Below are positions 47,469 through 62,335 of a DNA stretch of 64,000 bases, piece after piece. The notes beneath the pieces were generated by a model. The model ran no database searches and had not been told where the DNA came from. It worked only from the letters and a program-made list of their open reading frames with translations. Made by a program: the position numbers and the translations under genes. Position 1 is the first letter of the stretch, and each line of letters starts with the position of its first letter. This DNA is from Octopus sinensis (Eukaryota), in the NCBI RefSeq assembly GCF_006345805.1, contig NC_043019.1, forward strand, positions 3,954,605-4,018,604. The letters run 5' to 3'.

Positions 47469-49001
47469 TCTGTTAAGATAATAAATAAAACTATTAAAAA
47501 GGTTGCAAGACGCAACGACAATTTTAGGACGATAAAAATAAGAAAAAACGTGGAAATTTTACCGGTTGAGTGTGTTACCTTATAAGGCACAAAAGAAAAG
47601 ACTCTCCCCAGACACAATAGAATATGCTTCAACACACGAACTCATATAAAGACTCCTGCAAACCAAATCCAAAAAACGAAAAATAGTAAATAAATACTCG
47701 AGAAAAAGTATTCTGTTTAAAGTAAAATTATTGTCAGATAACCAGATATTGGATCGCTGGATGGTTATCTAAAACACATGTGTTTTCCGAGTCAGAGATG
47801 GAAGGCATAGATAAATATTCGACTGTTCCTTGTGGCAGGAGGTGACAAAATGCCACATTTCGTTTGTGGTTGTTGTAAAAAGGAGAGAGCGGGAACGAAA
47901 TGAAGTCACGGAAAATAATTTTGTTGGAATTTACTAAGAGTTACGTCCCCTGGTCTCTAAATTCTTATGTTTTGGCTATAAGAATGCGAATCTGTTGGGT
48001 AGAAATATGTGTAGGGTGTTAAGGGTTTGGTACGTGTGTAGGGCTGATACATGTGTCGGAGTTCTTTGGTGGGGCTGGAATAGGGTGCAGATGCCTGAAC
48101 CTATAACCCCATGTTTGGGCATGTATGCACATGTAAGTCCATATGTATATAGTGTTTTTTGAAGGCACGTGACTTAGTGGCAAGGAGCATTGTTGGGGCG
48201 AGCGGCAAGGGCAGACAGCTGCTGCTGTCGTAGTTTGATGGCCATTGTACTTTGAATAGCCCTTTTTATGTTGGGTATCAAAATCCTGCTAGAGTTTACT
48301 TAGTTGTTCATCACTTCAGGCTGAATAGAGCAAGTACCAGTTATGTACTGAGGGAAATATAATTCAGTTCATCCTTGCTACCCTCGAAAAATTCATAGGA
48401 GCCCCGTGATTAGTCTATGTCACATGACTGGATTTTGTCACTCCACTGTGGTCATGCTGTAGCACTTGTTTCGATATCAACCTCAGTTGTTAATTTTGTA
48501 CACATTTTTGTCAAATGCTTGGGTTGAGTGTACCTCGAGTTACGTTCCTTTTTCATGAGTTATCTCCTCCTAGAGATGAAGCACAAGATATTTGCACCAA
48601 TGTCTTTACGTGGCACTCCGTCGTTACAACGGCGAGGGTTCCAGTTGATCCGATCAACGGAACAGCCTGCTCGTGAAATTAACGTGCAAGTGGCTGAGTA
48701 ATTCACAGACACGTGTATCATTACGTAGTTCTCAGGGGAGATTCAGCGTGACACAGAGTGTGACAAAGCTGGCCCTTTGAAGTACAAGTACAACAGAAAC
48801 AGGAAGAAAGAGTGAGAGAAAGTTGTGGTGAAAGAGTGAAGCAGGTTCGCCACCATTCCTTGCTGGAGCCTAGAGGAACCATAGGTGTTTTCGCTCAATA
48901 ACACTCACAACGCCCGGTCTGAGAATCGAAACCGCGATCCTACCTACGACCGCGAGTCCGCTGCCCTAAGCACTGTGCCCCCACACCAATATCACAGACA
49001 C

Positions 49002-49038
<37 letters not shown>

Positions 49039-49689
49039 ATATTCTACACCTTACTCCATTCACCCATACACAACAGCAGCAGCAGCACAACATTTACGGT
49101 CCGTTTTCCATTTTGACAGGAGCCGATGGCTTGATAGGAACTGGTAAAGGCCGGGGGCCACACCAGGTGCGCCACTGTCTGTTTTCTATTGGTTTCTATG
49201 GCTGGATGCTCTTCCTAATGCCGACCACATTACAGAGTGTACTTGGCGCTTTTTACGTGACACCAGCACCCACCCAACGCTTGTTGTACATGCACCCAAC
49301 CTGGTCGTTTAGGATCTCAATTCTGTTGTGGTAGGTGAGTCTTCTCAAGTACAGAATGCACCACATGTCTTGGTCCTCTGTTACCTCCTTTCATAACGTT
49401 CAGCGTTTTTGAGAACGGCCTCCATCTTCCACAACTACACATGCCAGACACATGCTCAGACAAATGCACATACATAAACGCATACATACATTTATTTATT
49501 TATGGCTGCCCCTTCGTGCAATGGCCATCGAGTATGGACATTGCACGAAGCTTAACTGTTACTGGTGTTGTAATCGAATGTGACTTTTTAGCCCAGCTAA
49601 AGATCTACAATGTCTTGTACAGAATTGGCAACTAAAACCTTTACTGGTAATAGCCGGCTGTAGTTGTAACTGGGCTTTATGTACCTTTG

Positions 49690-49847
49690 CATACATACAT
49701 ACATACATACATACATACATACATACATACATACATACATACATACATACATACATACATACATACATACATACATGCATGCATGCATACATACATACAT
49801 ACATACATACATACATGCATGCATCCATACATACATACATACTGACA

Positions 49848-49881
<34 letters not shown>

Positions 49882-50515
49882 CATACATACATACATGCAT
49901 GCATACATACATACTACATACATACATACTACACATACATGCATGCATACATCCATACATTAAATACATACATACATACATACATGCATGCATACATACA
50001 TACATCTACATACATACTACATACATACTACATACATACATGCATGCATACATACATATTTACATGCATACATGCATACATACAACATACATGCATACAT
50101 ACATACATACATACATACATACAAACACACATACATACATACATATACCTACATGCATACATACATACATACATACATGCTACATACATACATACATACA
50201 AACCAACATACATACATAACATACATACATGCATGCATGCATACATACATACATACATGCATACATACATACATACATACAAACACACATACATACATAC
50301 ATACATACAACTACATACATACATACAAACATACAAACAATACATACATACATACATACATACATACATACATGCAACATACATACATACATACATACAT
50401 ACATACATACATACATACATACTACATACATACATACACATACATACATACATACAACATAACATACATACATAAATACATACATAAATACATACATACA
50501 TACATACATACAATC
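49690..50515. repeat. Long irregular (CATA)n microsatellite
   Basis: Tetranucleotide array with many 1-nt indels; source of spurious ORFs. Confidence 0.95.
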
Positions 50516-51354
50516 AATCTGTATCAATATACACAGACATGCTCACACATATAGCTTACACTAGTATACTCTAAACAAGTAAACACATACAATCTTCTCC
50601 GACACACACACACCACACACAACACACACTCTACATATCAATTATACAAATAAACACACAGACAGACAAGGCTGTGTCTCTAAGTGGTTGGCTGACCTGC
50701 TAGAAATAGTGAAGCTCCAGCTGAATGCATTTTATTGTCTTGAAAAAGGAAGACACTTTATGGAATTTTGTTGTAGATAAGTAAGAATTTGAACAGGTCG
50801 TGGTCGGAATGTCTTCCATTAGAGATCTCAGTCAACGTAGCAGCAGGCTACGCAACAAAGACAACACATATGTATGCACACACGCATGTACACTCACACA
50901 CACAAACACATGCACACACACACACATCATCATCATCATCATCATCATCTAGCACCCGATTTCTCTGCTGGTATGTGTTAGACGGTTCGAGTGGAACTGG
51001 TAGGCTGGAATGGTTATGCAGTATGTTCTTTGGTAATAGGATGTACTCTTGAAAACTCATCTCTTAAAAACTTCGAGTACCTCCAACAATACATAAATTC
51101 CAAGAACTTCCGACATTTGGGACGCTTGACTGGTCTGTAGAAGAAATCCACTGCATAGACATTAACATCCGCAAGGTTCTGGATGTCAACCAGAATCTCC
51201 ACAGAAATTGTGATGTCGACAGGTTTCCCTACCTGGGAAGAGATAAAGGAGGTAGGCGTTTGAGATCCGTGCATACAGCATTTGAAATGTCACATAGTCT
51301 CTCTGATAGCACTAAATACTAGACAGATACAGGAAAGATATACGAAAAAAAAAG

Positions 51355-51355
51355 T

Positions 51356-51429
<74 letters not shown>

Positions 51430-52600
51430 GATAGATAGATACAGATAGATAGAGGACTCTTGACGGTAACTGGAAATATAGAGATGGGCGAAAGAAAGAA
51501 AGAAAAGAAGAAGAGTAGAGAGAGAGAGATAGAGAGAGAAAGGTAAAGAGAGAAAGGAAAAGAGAGAAAGAGAGACAGAAGAGAGAGAACGAGAACAGAG
51601 AACGATGAGAAGATAAGAGAAGAGAAGAGAGAGAGAAATAGTAAAGAAAAACGAATAAAAAGAAGAAATAGAGAAAGAAAGAAAGAGAGAAAGAGAGAAA
51701 GAGATAGAGAAGAGAGAGAAAAGATAGAAATAAAGAAAGAAAGAAAAAAGAAAGAAGGGAGAAGACAGAGAGAAAAAGAGAGAGAAAGAAAGAAAGAAAG
51801 AAAGAAAAGAGATAGAAAAAAGAAGAAGAATAGAGGAAAAAAGAGAGACCAGAGAGAGATCCCGAGAATAGAGGTGGAAATAGAGAAAGAAAGAGAGACA
51901 CAAGATTGAGAGAAAGAGAAAAAGAGAAAGAAAGAGAAGAGAAGAGAAAGAAAGAGAGAGAAAGTGAGAGAGAAAGAAAGAAAAGCGAATGAGAGAAAGA
52001 GAGAGAAAAATAGAGTGAAAGAAAGAAGAGAAAGAAAAGAAGAAAAAGAGAGAAATAAGAAAGAGAGAAAAAAAGAAGAAAGAGAGAGGAGAAAGAAAGA
52101 GAGAGAAACAGAGACAGAAATAGATAGAAAGTGAGAAAGATAGAGATAGAAGAAAGAAAAAAGAAAGAAATAAAGAAAACGAAATAAAGAAAGAATAAAG
52201 AAATAAATAAAGGCAGAAAGACATCGACAGAAAACACGAGAAAAAAGAAAGAAAGATAGCAAGAGAAAGAGAGAGAGAGAGAGATAAAGAAAGGAAGAAA
52301 GAAATAAAGAAAGGGAGAAAAAAGAAAGAAAAAGAAAGAAATAGAGTGATAAAGAAAGTGAGAAAGAATGTAAGACACATACAGAGAGGCAACTTACAGA
52401 AAAGATAGACAACAGACAGACATGAGAAATAAGAAAGAAATAAATGAAATAAAGAAGAAAGAAAGAGAGAGAAGGCAAGTAGAAAGACGAGATAAAGAGA
52501 GATAGAGAAAGCAAGAAAGAGATATAGAAAAACACAAAGAGATAAAGTAAGAGAGAATGAAAAATTGACATGAAAATAAAGAGAGATCGAATGAGAGATT
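51355..52600. repeat. (GATA)n then about 1.1 kb purine-rich (GA/GAAA) low-complexity tract
   Basis: Almost purely A/G on the plus strand; source of the 330-435 aa spurious ORFs. Confidence 0.95.
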
Positions 52601-55219
52601 TTGGAGAAGAAAGGACAACGAATCAACAGCTAGTGGCTAACAAATTATACAAAACATTGCCTTTGTTGAGTCGATAGAGTAATTAGACTGTGACAGGGAG
52701 GGGAAATAACCCACATTGATATTCATTCAGTGTGTAGTTTTCGTGAGGAAATGAGGAGAAAATTCAGTTTTCCACATTTATATCAACCGCTGTTGTTAAA
52801 AAATGAAGAAGATAAATAATCTAGGCACATTGGATTATATAGCCCTAGATACACAGTGTTTTAAATAAGAGGTGATGGTCACAGCTAAGACGTCTTTTTG
52901 AACCTGTTAGGTCTGCTTGTTCAGGATTGAAGGGAGTTTAAAGGACATCAACGTCAGGAGCAGGTGATTATTATTTTAAAATCTTTTATTTGTTTCAGTC
53001 ACTGGACCGCGACCATGTTGTACACACACACAACAACATGTTTCCATCCACGCCTGCTCCTCTTTGGTAGGCAACATCCTCTCTCCTCCAGAGCTGGGTT
53101 TGTCAGTGGAGAGATCTTGGGTTTCCGGTTACAGTGGAGGATAGACGGAAACAGACAGTAATGGGACAATCTGCATTCAGGTGCCACTCTCAACTCTTTC
53201 CTTGATCAATCTGATTAATTTTCAAGGTGTCGCTAAATTTCTGTTCGTGGCAAATCTCGGGGGGACTGGATTGATGCTATGTCTTGTGGCCAACATTGGA
53301 AGATTACTCACTCAGTTAGATGAAAATCCGCATCTCCATTGCACTCAGAGTGGGAACTGACGTCTGTACAGGACTGAGACACCACTGCGGTAGCCCCCTC
53401 CCCGACCCTATATGTCTTCACTGTCCGTTTTGCAGGGAATCAAAGTGAATATACAGGTATTCCAGTGAGAGAGATATAAATCAATTATTTAAATTTGGAA
53501 AATACATATTTTCCTGCATGAATGCAGGAAATACTTTTCTCGTTTCTAAGATTAAGTAGGGTATTCCTAGATGAATAATAAAACAGCTTCAGTTATACAA
53601 AGAAAACATTTTTTATTATCTTTTAATTCCCATATAAATTTAATTAATCCAGTGGAATTAGCTTTCTCTGTCTATTCTTAAAAGTTTGTAAATGATTTGC
53701 AACTCTAGTCTTAATCATATTTTCCATTGAGCCAATATAAAAATGTTTTTTTTCCCTTGAGCTATAACATTGCATTGTATACTTATACTTTTTCTTTTAC
53801 ATGAATTCTTAATCTTACACATTATTTCTAACTCTACAATCCCAATTTTCATAAATGTTATTATGAGTGGGTGTATTAGATGAGTAATTTATACTAGTAG
53901 TATTAGTATTAATTGTTTAGGTTCCATTATTGAGATTTATATATACACAATTATTATGGTTATTAGAATTTGGGAGATGTATTCTAAGTTCAGGGGAGTT
54001 ATTAGGATTATTATTATTGACATTTTTATATTGGTGTAAATTTCTATTGGAGTAGAATTAAGATCAAACTTCAATATAAGTCATAAATGGATGATGGATT
54101 ACTAGGCTCTGTTCCTGATCTTGACATATTGCAGCAGCATTTGTTCTGAGAAAGCAGTGCACTCCCCAATACTGTCTCAATCCAGTGGTCTCATAATAAC
54201 CACACCAAAGTGGATGGTGAAGATATGAACTTAACTAAACTAAGTGCCGAAATTTGGACGGGCATTGGAGTGGTGTGAAAGGGGGTGGTACTTTACGTTC
54301 ATTATATGGGGATGGGAGCGAGGAACTGGTTTCAGTTCTGAGTTCAGTGGAGAGAGGAATACTCCACATGGGGATATATTTCCGATCGATTTTTATAGCT
54401 GGCAAACCTCCCCGTTAAATTTATATCTTTTTATCATTTTTATCTCATCTTGCTTCAGTTGTTGCATTGTGGCCATGCTGTAGCACACCGCTTTTAACAA
54501 TTTAGTCAAACAAATCAACCCCAGTTTTTTTTTATTCACAAACCACCACCGATTTCCATGTGGTGTTGGTGGTCACACACACACATCCACAACACACACA
54601 CACACATACATACATCCACACACACACCCACAACACACACACACCACACACACACACCACACACACACACACCACAACACTACTAATATCCAACCTGCTT
54701 CTGTCAACGAATTCACTTACAAATCATTCATCGACCTGTGGATTCGAGTAGAGACACTTGCACAAGGTGCCACACAGTGGGATGAACCTCAAACTACTTG
54801 TTTGCAAAGTGAGCTCTAAACCATAGTACAATGCCTGTATAAATGTTTTTTTTCATATTTTATTTACATCTTTTATATTTTCATGTTCATTTATATTTTT
54901 AAACAATGCTATTTTATAGGTTTTGCTCCCAAATTTTAAAATTAACACAAACATTCTTTTAGTTGAAAAAGATTACAGGAGAACTTTCTGCTAATTCTTC
55001 CCAATCTTTTCTGTTAAAGCTGTATTGAAACCATTTGTTGGGAAGTTTTTTTATCACAAAACTGGCTGCACAACACAAGGTTTAACCGAAGCCACCGAAG
55101 CAAGACAGCATGCTCGCCATTACCATGGCGATGGTGAGGCTAAGGTGCTGGGAAAACGAAGCATCCTCATGGGTGACACCTCAGTGAGGTGAGCTACCAA
55201 CGTTGCATGAACTTTGTGG

Positions 55220-55600
55220 TTAGTGACCCAGTCCCTCCGAACATCTCAAATGCCACAGGTTGGAAGAAATGGTTCTCTGTCAGGTCCCGATACTTCGGGT
55301 TTTCTTCCATTTGGTTATGGAAGCAGCTGACCCTCTGATTAACTAACTGCAGTATCCAGGTTGTGGGCGGAAGAAAAAAAGAGTCGCAGACTGTGACATT
55401 CCAATGAGGTACCTACCTCTATCCTAGGAGGAGAGGGTAAGACCATCTGGTCCTTTCCACTACTTCTGGATAACCCCCACAGCTCCAGGATTGAGGAGAT
55501 ATTAATCTGAACCAGGCCTTCTTAATGATTAGTTTTAGCTCAGTGTGACGAGTGGAGCGACCAGCATTTTAGTGGTAAGACAGACTGTGAAGACCCTGTG
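55220..55600 (-). mobile_element. CRE-type endonuclease relic, related to 5761-6130
   Basis: Direct alignment by eye with 5765-6120. Confidence 0.65.
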
Positions 55601-56009
55601 GGATTTGGGGCACCTACCACACCAGCACCACAGTCCTTACAGACGCCAGCTCCACTCTGAGTGCGATGTATGTGGAATTCATCTAACTGAGTAAACCCCC
55701 TCAATGTGGCCACATGCAGGGCATCAATCTATATGTTCATCTTTTGGGCATGATACTTTACTCTCAAATAAGGCTGTCTCCTTCTCTCTGTCTCTGTCTG
55801 TCTCTCTCTCTCTTCTTTCTTTCCTTCTTTCTCTCTCTTTCTGTCTCTCATTCTCATCTCTCTCTCCCCTTCTCTCGATTCGTACATGTGCGCAACTATA
55901 GTGATACCTCATATCGTTTTTTTTAACCTGTGGGGAATTCCAATTACGTGTCCTTCTGTGTCCATTTTCACTGATAATACACACATACACGCATGCATGC
56001 ACACACACG

Positions 56010-56063
<54 letters not shown>

Positions 56064-56879
56064 GTATGCACTCGCACACATATGTTCATACACTCACACA
56101 TACATACATACCTATTTCTTTACTACCCACAAGGGGACAAACAAGGACAGACAAACGGATTAAGTCGATTATATCAGCCCTAGTGCATAACTGGTACTTA
56201 ATCTATCGACCCCGAAAGGATGAAAGCAAAGTCGACCTCGGCGGAATTTGAACTCAGAACGTAACGGCAGACAAAATACGGCTACACATTTCGCCCAGTG
56301 TGCTAACGTTTCTGCCAGCTCACCGCCTTCATACATATATATATATACATACATACGTACAAGAAACAATTATGTCAGCAACCTAAATTTGCCGAAAAAA
56401 AATATGTCGCCTTACCAAACAAAGCCACTCAGACAAACTGCACAATTAATAATAGTCGTATTGACAACAGAGTAAACGCTTTTCTTTAAACAACTCAATA
56501 AACTGTTTTTTGAAGGGAATGTGAACGACAAGAAACTTGATCATGGCGAACCAAATAATAAAAGATCCCCGCCATGAAAGTAGTGTTTCTCTGTGGAAGA
56601 TGCACAGAAGTTATAAAGTCTATGGACACACGAGAGGGGAAACATGATTTTGTGAAATGCCTTGAAGCTTTCTGGAACAGTGGTTCTCAGCCATGCTGTA
56701 TATATGACTCCCGGGGAAGTTGGGAGAGGCTCTATAAGCCTTTTTGGGGAGTCCACGCAAGCAAAATAGTAAACTGGGGAATCACAGAAGTGTTTTAAGG
56801 ATCATGAAAAATATTCTGTTTCAAGTGTATTTCTTGCAAGAAACAGCTCAATTTCTTTCCCTGACGTTTTACATGGTTC

Positions 56880-57252
56880 AAACTACACAAGTTAATATGT
56901 GACAAACAAAATTTTTTACCCATAGATTGATAATAATGGGTGGTGGTTTGTCTGCAAGCAGAATTGTCTTTCAAGGATAAATTTATGGAATTTCATTACC
57001 ACAAATATGATGGCTAATTCTTCCTTCTCTATTTGACTGTAAATTTTCTCAGCCAGAATAAGGAATGCATGAGCTACAGCTTTCATGCTAGCATCTTCAT
57101 AATTGTGTAAATTCACAGCTCCAATACCATTTTCACTAGTGTCTGATGCCACTACCGTTGTAAATTCGGGTCAAATATGATAATAAGAATTCTGACATTA
57201 AGATGCTTTTAATTTCTTCAAAGCTTTTTGGTACTTGTCTGACCAGTTCCAC
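56880..57252 (-). mobile_element. Gypsy LTR-retrotransposon pol fragment (RT connection / RNase H)
   Basis: KWNWSDKYQKAFEEIKSIL then ASDTSENGIGAV...YSQIEKEELAIIFVVMKFHKFI...F.LQTNHHPLLSIYG. Confidence 0.85.
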
Positions 57253-57843
57253 TTAAATACTCTTATAAGTCGATACTGTTTTCTCCTGTGTTAGCAGTGC
57301 TATTAAATCACATGTTAAGTCATCTCTAAAGATTCCTTAAGAAATTATAGCCAGCGCTCATTTGCTTCAGATATGAAACACCATAACAAACCACTGCTGG
57401 TTACAATTCTCCTGAAATCTAAAGAGATAACCTAAACAAGCTCTTACTTTTGTTTCCAGTCATACTAATCTTTTTTGTTTCAGTTTCAAAGATGTAAAGA
57501 AAACTTCCAAGATATCCGGCACGACCATTACTCATTTTACTCTTGATCTAACAAAATCAGTTCCTTGATTAATTAACAATCTATCTGGGACACGAGCAAT
57601 TCAACAACAGAATCCTCTACGACTTCTTCGAACCCTCCATCATTTGCAAGTTTCCCATCACCTAAGTTTGATGTAGACTTTGTACAAGTGGAAAATTTAT
57701 AAAATTTTATTTTTCTAAGCATCATACATAGTTGAGGGTTCCACTTTATCCCATGACACAACAATTATCTCTTCTGTTTATCTTCACCAGAATTCCAGCT
57801 TTTGAAAATTCAGAAAAACAAAAGAAATTTCTAAATTATCAGT

Positions 57844-58023
57844 ATGGCAACACCATATCGATTACCGTCCAATTACATGAGACAGCAAGGCAATTCTGGC
57901 AGACACTTTGTTGGACGACATGATGAGAGGGAAAAACTGAAGATCTTGATCAACGATGAAGATACACAAATAATACAAGTTTATGGACTGCCTTATGTTG
58001 GCAAAACGAGTCTTGTGAAAACT
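57844..58023 (+). CDS. STAND NTPase-TPR copy 3, exon 1
   Basis: MATPYRLPSN...GLPYVGKTSLVKT|gtaaga. Confidence 0.9.
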
Positions 58024-59339
58024 GTAAGAAATTTACTATTGTTTTCTCTCTTTTTTTACGTTAACCTTATTACATTTTGCCTTTCTGTAGGTTATTAGGG
58101 ATCATTGAGGTTTTACAGTTAAGTTACTGACTAAAGAGAAAAGCATTTCTGGTTCAATCCCATACAATGGCAGTCACTGAAGTCTTTGTAACGTTTGGTG
58201 AGTTGGTGGTTGACCTATGATCAAAGGTATTTGTCCTGTAACCATTCTGTCTATGGCAAAGATTATATTATTTAATGTCTCCTGTTCTATGTCATGAAGA
58301 AGGTAGGCAGTTTGGGAGAGGTTTGACTGCTTTATATATTATGCATGTAAGTGAGTGGGTAGGTAGGTAGGTAGGTAGGTAGGTAGGTAGGTAGGTAAGT
58401 AGGTAGGTAGGTAGGTAGGGAGGTATGCAGGTAGGTAGGTAGGTAGGTAGGTAGGTAGTAGGTAGGTAGGTAGGTAGTATGTAGGTAAGTAGTTAGATAG
58501 GTAGGTAGGTAGGTGAGGTAGATAGGCAGGTAGGCAGGCGGTAGGTAGGTAGGTAGGTAGGTAGGTGTGGTAGGTAGGTAGGTAGGTAGGTAGGTAGGTA
58601 GGCAGACAGGTGTGTATATGTGTGTTTGTGTGTGTCTGTATGTTTGCATCTCCTCGGCTTGACATTGTAGATTTTTGTAAATGAATGTCGTTAACTTCCA
58701 ATATTACTTGGAGATTTTCCTATAGAGAAATATTTCCTTGGAAACAAGTAAGTTTGGTTTCCGAAGGGGCATCTGGCTGTAGAGGATCTGCCAGTTTGGC
58801 TGAAAACTGGTAAGCTGGGGAGCTGCACCAGGTTCCAATCTAATTTGACAGGGTTTCTACAGATGGGTGCCCCTCCTAACACCAACCACTGCCAGAGTGT
58901 AAGGGGTGTTTTTTTACGTGCCAGTTACGAACCCCAGCATCAGCCATGACTACGATCTCACTTGACTTGAAAGATCTTCTCAAGCACAAGAATAATTAAT
59001 TGATAGACAGAGAGTGAGAGAGAGGTAGATGAAATAAGAGATGGATAGTAAAAGAGATGAAGCAACTGTGTAATTAATAGAAAAATAATTAAAGAGATTG
59101 AATGGCAAAGTGACAAACTGGTGTCCAGAAAGGTACTTAGGCAAACTGTAAGGTGAATATAAAGGAATAAAGGATACCCTGAACTAATGCATAGACAAAA
59201 GAATAGACAAAGAGACAGTTATTGAGAGAGAATTATAAAGTCAGACAGAGAAAGAGAAAAACTGAGAGACCAATAAATTGATAAGTGAATCTATGGAAAC
59301 CTTTGAACTTGTTCTAATGTTATGTTTCTAATATGTCAG

Positions 59340-60362
59340 GTCTGTCAAGAATTGAAGGATGAAATCAACCCCGAAAGACTCCACATAAAACACATCCATA
59401 TTTCTAATAATAGCAGTTGGTCTGATATTTCCAACATGTACAATACATTCACCAATTGTTCCAGTATCACCAATACGAAATGGAAAATTTGTATTTTTGA
59501 TGATTTCCAGAACATTCAAGAAAGCTTCCTTCCAGGTTTCCAGGAGCTTTGTGACAATGACTTTCCACTGCAGAGAAATCTAAAAATCATTCTCATATTA
59601 AGTGGTGGAGAACCATTTCAGTTTGATGGAATCAGGTTTGGAAAGTGTAAAGTGAGTCCATTGTCCATTAAAGATGCACAGCTTATTTTCGGTCGCTGTT
59701 CAGACATTGAGACGGATGATGAGAACAAAGAACAACTACACAACATCATCAGATATGCCTGTGGCCTGCCAGGACTTCTTATTTACTTTGCAGAAAAAAT
59801 CTCCCAGTTTCATCATAATTTCTCTTTTGAGGATATCTACAAAATGATTTGTGATGAAACCAAGCTCAATGACTGGCTGGACGAATGTACAATTAACAGA
59901 CGTAATATTAAGCAAGAAATGGACAAGTACTTTTCTCATCTCTCTCGAACAGCAAGATGCTATCAAAGTGCTTTCATATTTTCCTGGAAGATTTGGTATT
60001 GAGGAAGCTGTTGAAATGACTGGTTCTTCTAGTCAACCAGCTTCCAAGATGCATGTTTTGATGCCACTGTCGAACAAGGTTTGATCAGTTCAGATTTAGA
60101 ATTACAGAATTTCCAAGTGCAAGAATTAATACGTGCAATTACTAAACAACAGATTGACAATGTACACAGCAATGATTTGGTAAAGCTCAGATATACAAAC
60201 ATTATTGGGAAAAGTTTGATGAAGGCTCAAGATATTTATGATAAAGGCCTCATATATGAAGCACTCGGAATAATGAACAACAACTGGGAAAATATTTCGT
60301 TTCTGATGAAGAAAGGGATTGAAGCACCCTCAGATGGTAGGACATATGGAGTTTATTATGAG
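59340..60362 (+). CDS. Copy 3 exon 2, with a -2 frameshift near 59945 and a -1 frameshift near 60068
   Basis: 1023 nt versus 1026; split over ORFs 59322, 59851 and 60081; splice sites intact. Confidence 0.9.
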
Positions 60363-61440
60363 GTAAGATATTTTGTCCTTAACAACGTGTCTTGTATCTT
60401 GTGTTGTAAGTCAGTCTTTCATATGTCGCATTTTAGTTTAACCTGTGTTATATCTTCCCACATCTTTACCATTGGTTCTCAATTGAGGGCCATATGGCCC
60501 ATGGGGTCCATATAAGAGTTTTGCTGTTGTTAAAATATATCAGCAAGAAATTGGTTATACTTCGACAATACACAAAATATTTCAATAATTTTTTAATACA
60601 ATTATTTATAATATTTAATTACAAAAATATGTGATTCTTTTAAACATCGAATGTCTAGGATGGTCCAATAGAGTGGAATAGCAATCAAAGGGGTCGATAG
60701 GTAAAAAACGGTTGAGAAACCCTGCTGTAAGCTCGGCATAGGGTCTCTCTCTGCCCCTTCTTACAAATTCTTTTTGGTTACATCTTATTCTGTCTTTTAT
60801 TACATCTTATTTGGGGTTTTTTCTGTTACATCTTAATCTGCACTCCAGCTACCTTGGACTAAGTGTCACTCAGAATATATTAGGTCAGACTCACTCTAGT
60901 TCATCAAACTCAGCCTCTTTGACAGTTTCAGTCTATCCTACTTTCTGTCAGTTCAGATCTGAGTCTGACTCAGTATATCACGTATCAGACATCATTTGGT
61001 TAGTTGATCCGAGACTCAGTATGATCCAAGATACACAATCCACTGTATTACATTGTACTTATCATCGCTAGTAAGGCACCAAACTATGGTGTGTGGCAGT
61101 AGTATTAGTATTATTAGTAGTAGTAGTAGTAGTAGTAGTAGCAACAGCTGTAGGAGTAGTTGTTGTTATACTTGTTGTAGTAACAGCAGCAATATTAATA
61201 GTTGTATAGTGGTGGAATCACCAATTCCATTGAAGCAGGGACTAACCGAAAGACAACCTTAGAGAGTAGTATGGTATAACTATTTTACTATTTTACATAT
61301 AATTTTTTTTACTTTAAAATTTCTAGATATGAAATGGTAACCATGTAAATTTTAAAACGTAACTTTTCTTCTTTATGGGGGAAATGGGAAAATATGAGTG
61401 AATATTTATTTTTATGACTGCTGTGTAGTGAGTCTATAAA

Positions 61441-61475
<35 letters not shown>

Positions 61476-61482
61476 TACATAT

Positions 61483-61516
<34 letters not shown>

Positions 61517-62178
61517 TATATAAAGTGCATTAAGTAATCATTGTATTCCAATTTCCTTCACTTTTCAGTGAATAGTAGATGAGTGACTATCCTCAGACAC
61601 AACACAGGATACACTTTCAGGCTTTTGGGATAAAGTTTTCAGGAATAACCCAATAGGTTTACTATTAATTCTGTGAAGTATTCATGGGTCCTGCTAGTTA
61701 TTATTATAATAATTTTTTAAAGGAGTAAGCTGTCAGAATCGTTAGCATGCTGGACAAATGCATTGCGACATTTCATCCGTCTTTACATTCTGAGTTCAAA
61801 TTCCACTGCGGTCAACTTTGCTTTTCATCCTTTCAGGGTCAATAAATTAAGTACCAGTGAAACACTGGGTCGATGTAATCGATCAAGCTCCTTCCCCGAA
61901 ATTTCAAGCCTTTAGTGGAAAGGAATATTATTATTATATTATTACTCTTTGGGGCAGTAAAGATTTGAAATCATTAATATTTTTTCAGAAAAAACATTGA
62001 TTTCATATTTGGCACAAGGTCAGCAATTTCTGGGAAGAGGAAATTGATTTGAACTCAGAACATGAAGACAGACAAAATGACACCAAGCATTCTGTTTAGT
62101 GTGCTAATGGTTCTGCCAGCTCACCACATTATTTCTACAGACAAAATATTAACACATGTTACTGTGTTTGATTTTTAG

Positions 62179-62335
62179 ATAACATTAAAAGCCTCAAATA
62201 TACTGATGCTATGTCACCCTAGAGATTCAAGACAGTTTTTCCAAGCATGTCTACAAAACTCCCTGTTATTTGGCAATGAAGAAGAACAAGCTTTTATGAA
62301 TATAGCATATGGTGTATCCTTGACAGATTTACCAG
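62179..62335 (+). CDS. Copy 3 exon 3
   Basis: tttttag|ATA ... CCAG|gtatga; same 52-aa translation as copy 2 exon 3. Confidence 0.9.

Larger units (their letters stand above)
48252..53330. repeat. Upstream flank of duplication unit 3 (inverted duplicate of 6410-10452)
   Basis: See colinear blocks listed for 6410-10452. Confidence 0.85.
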
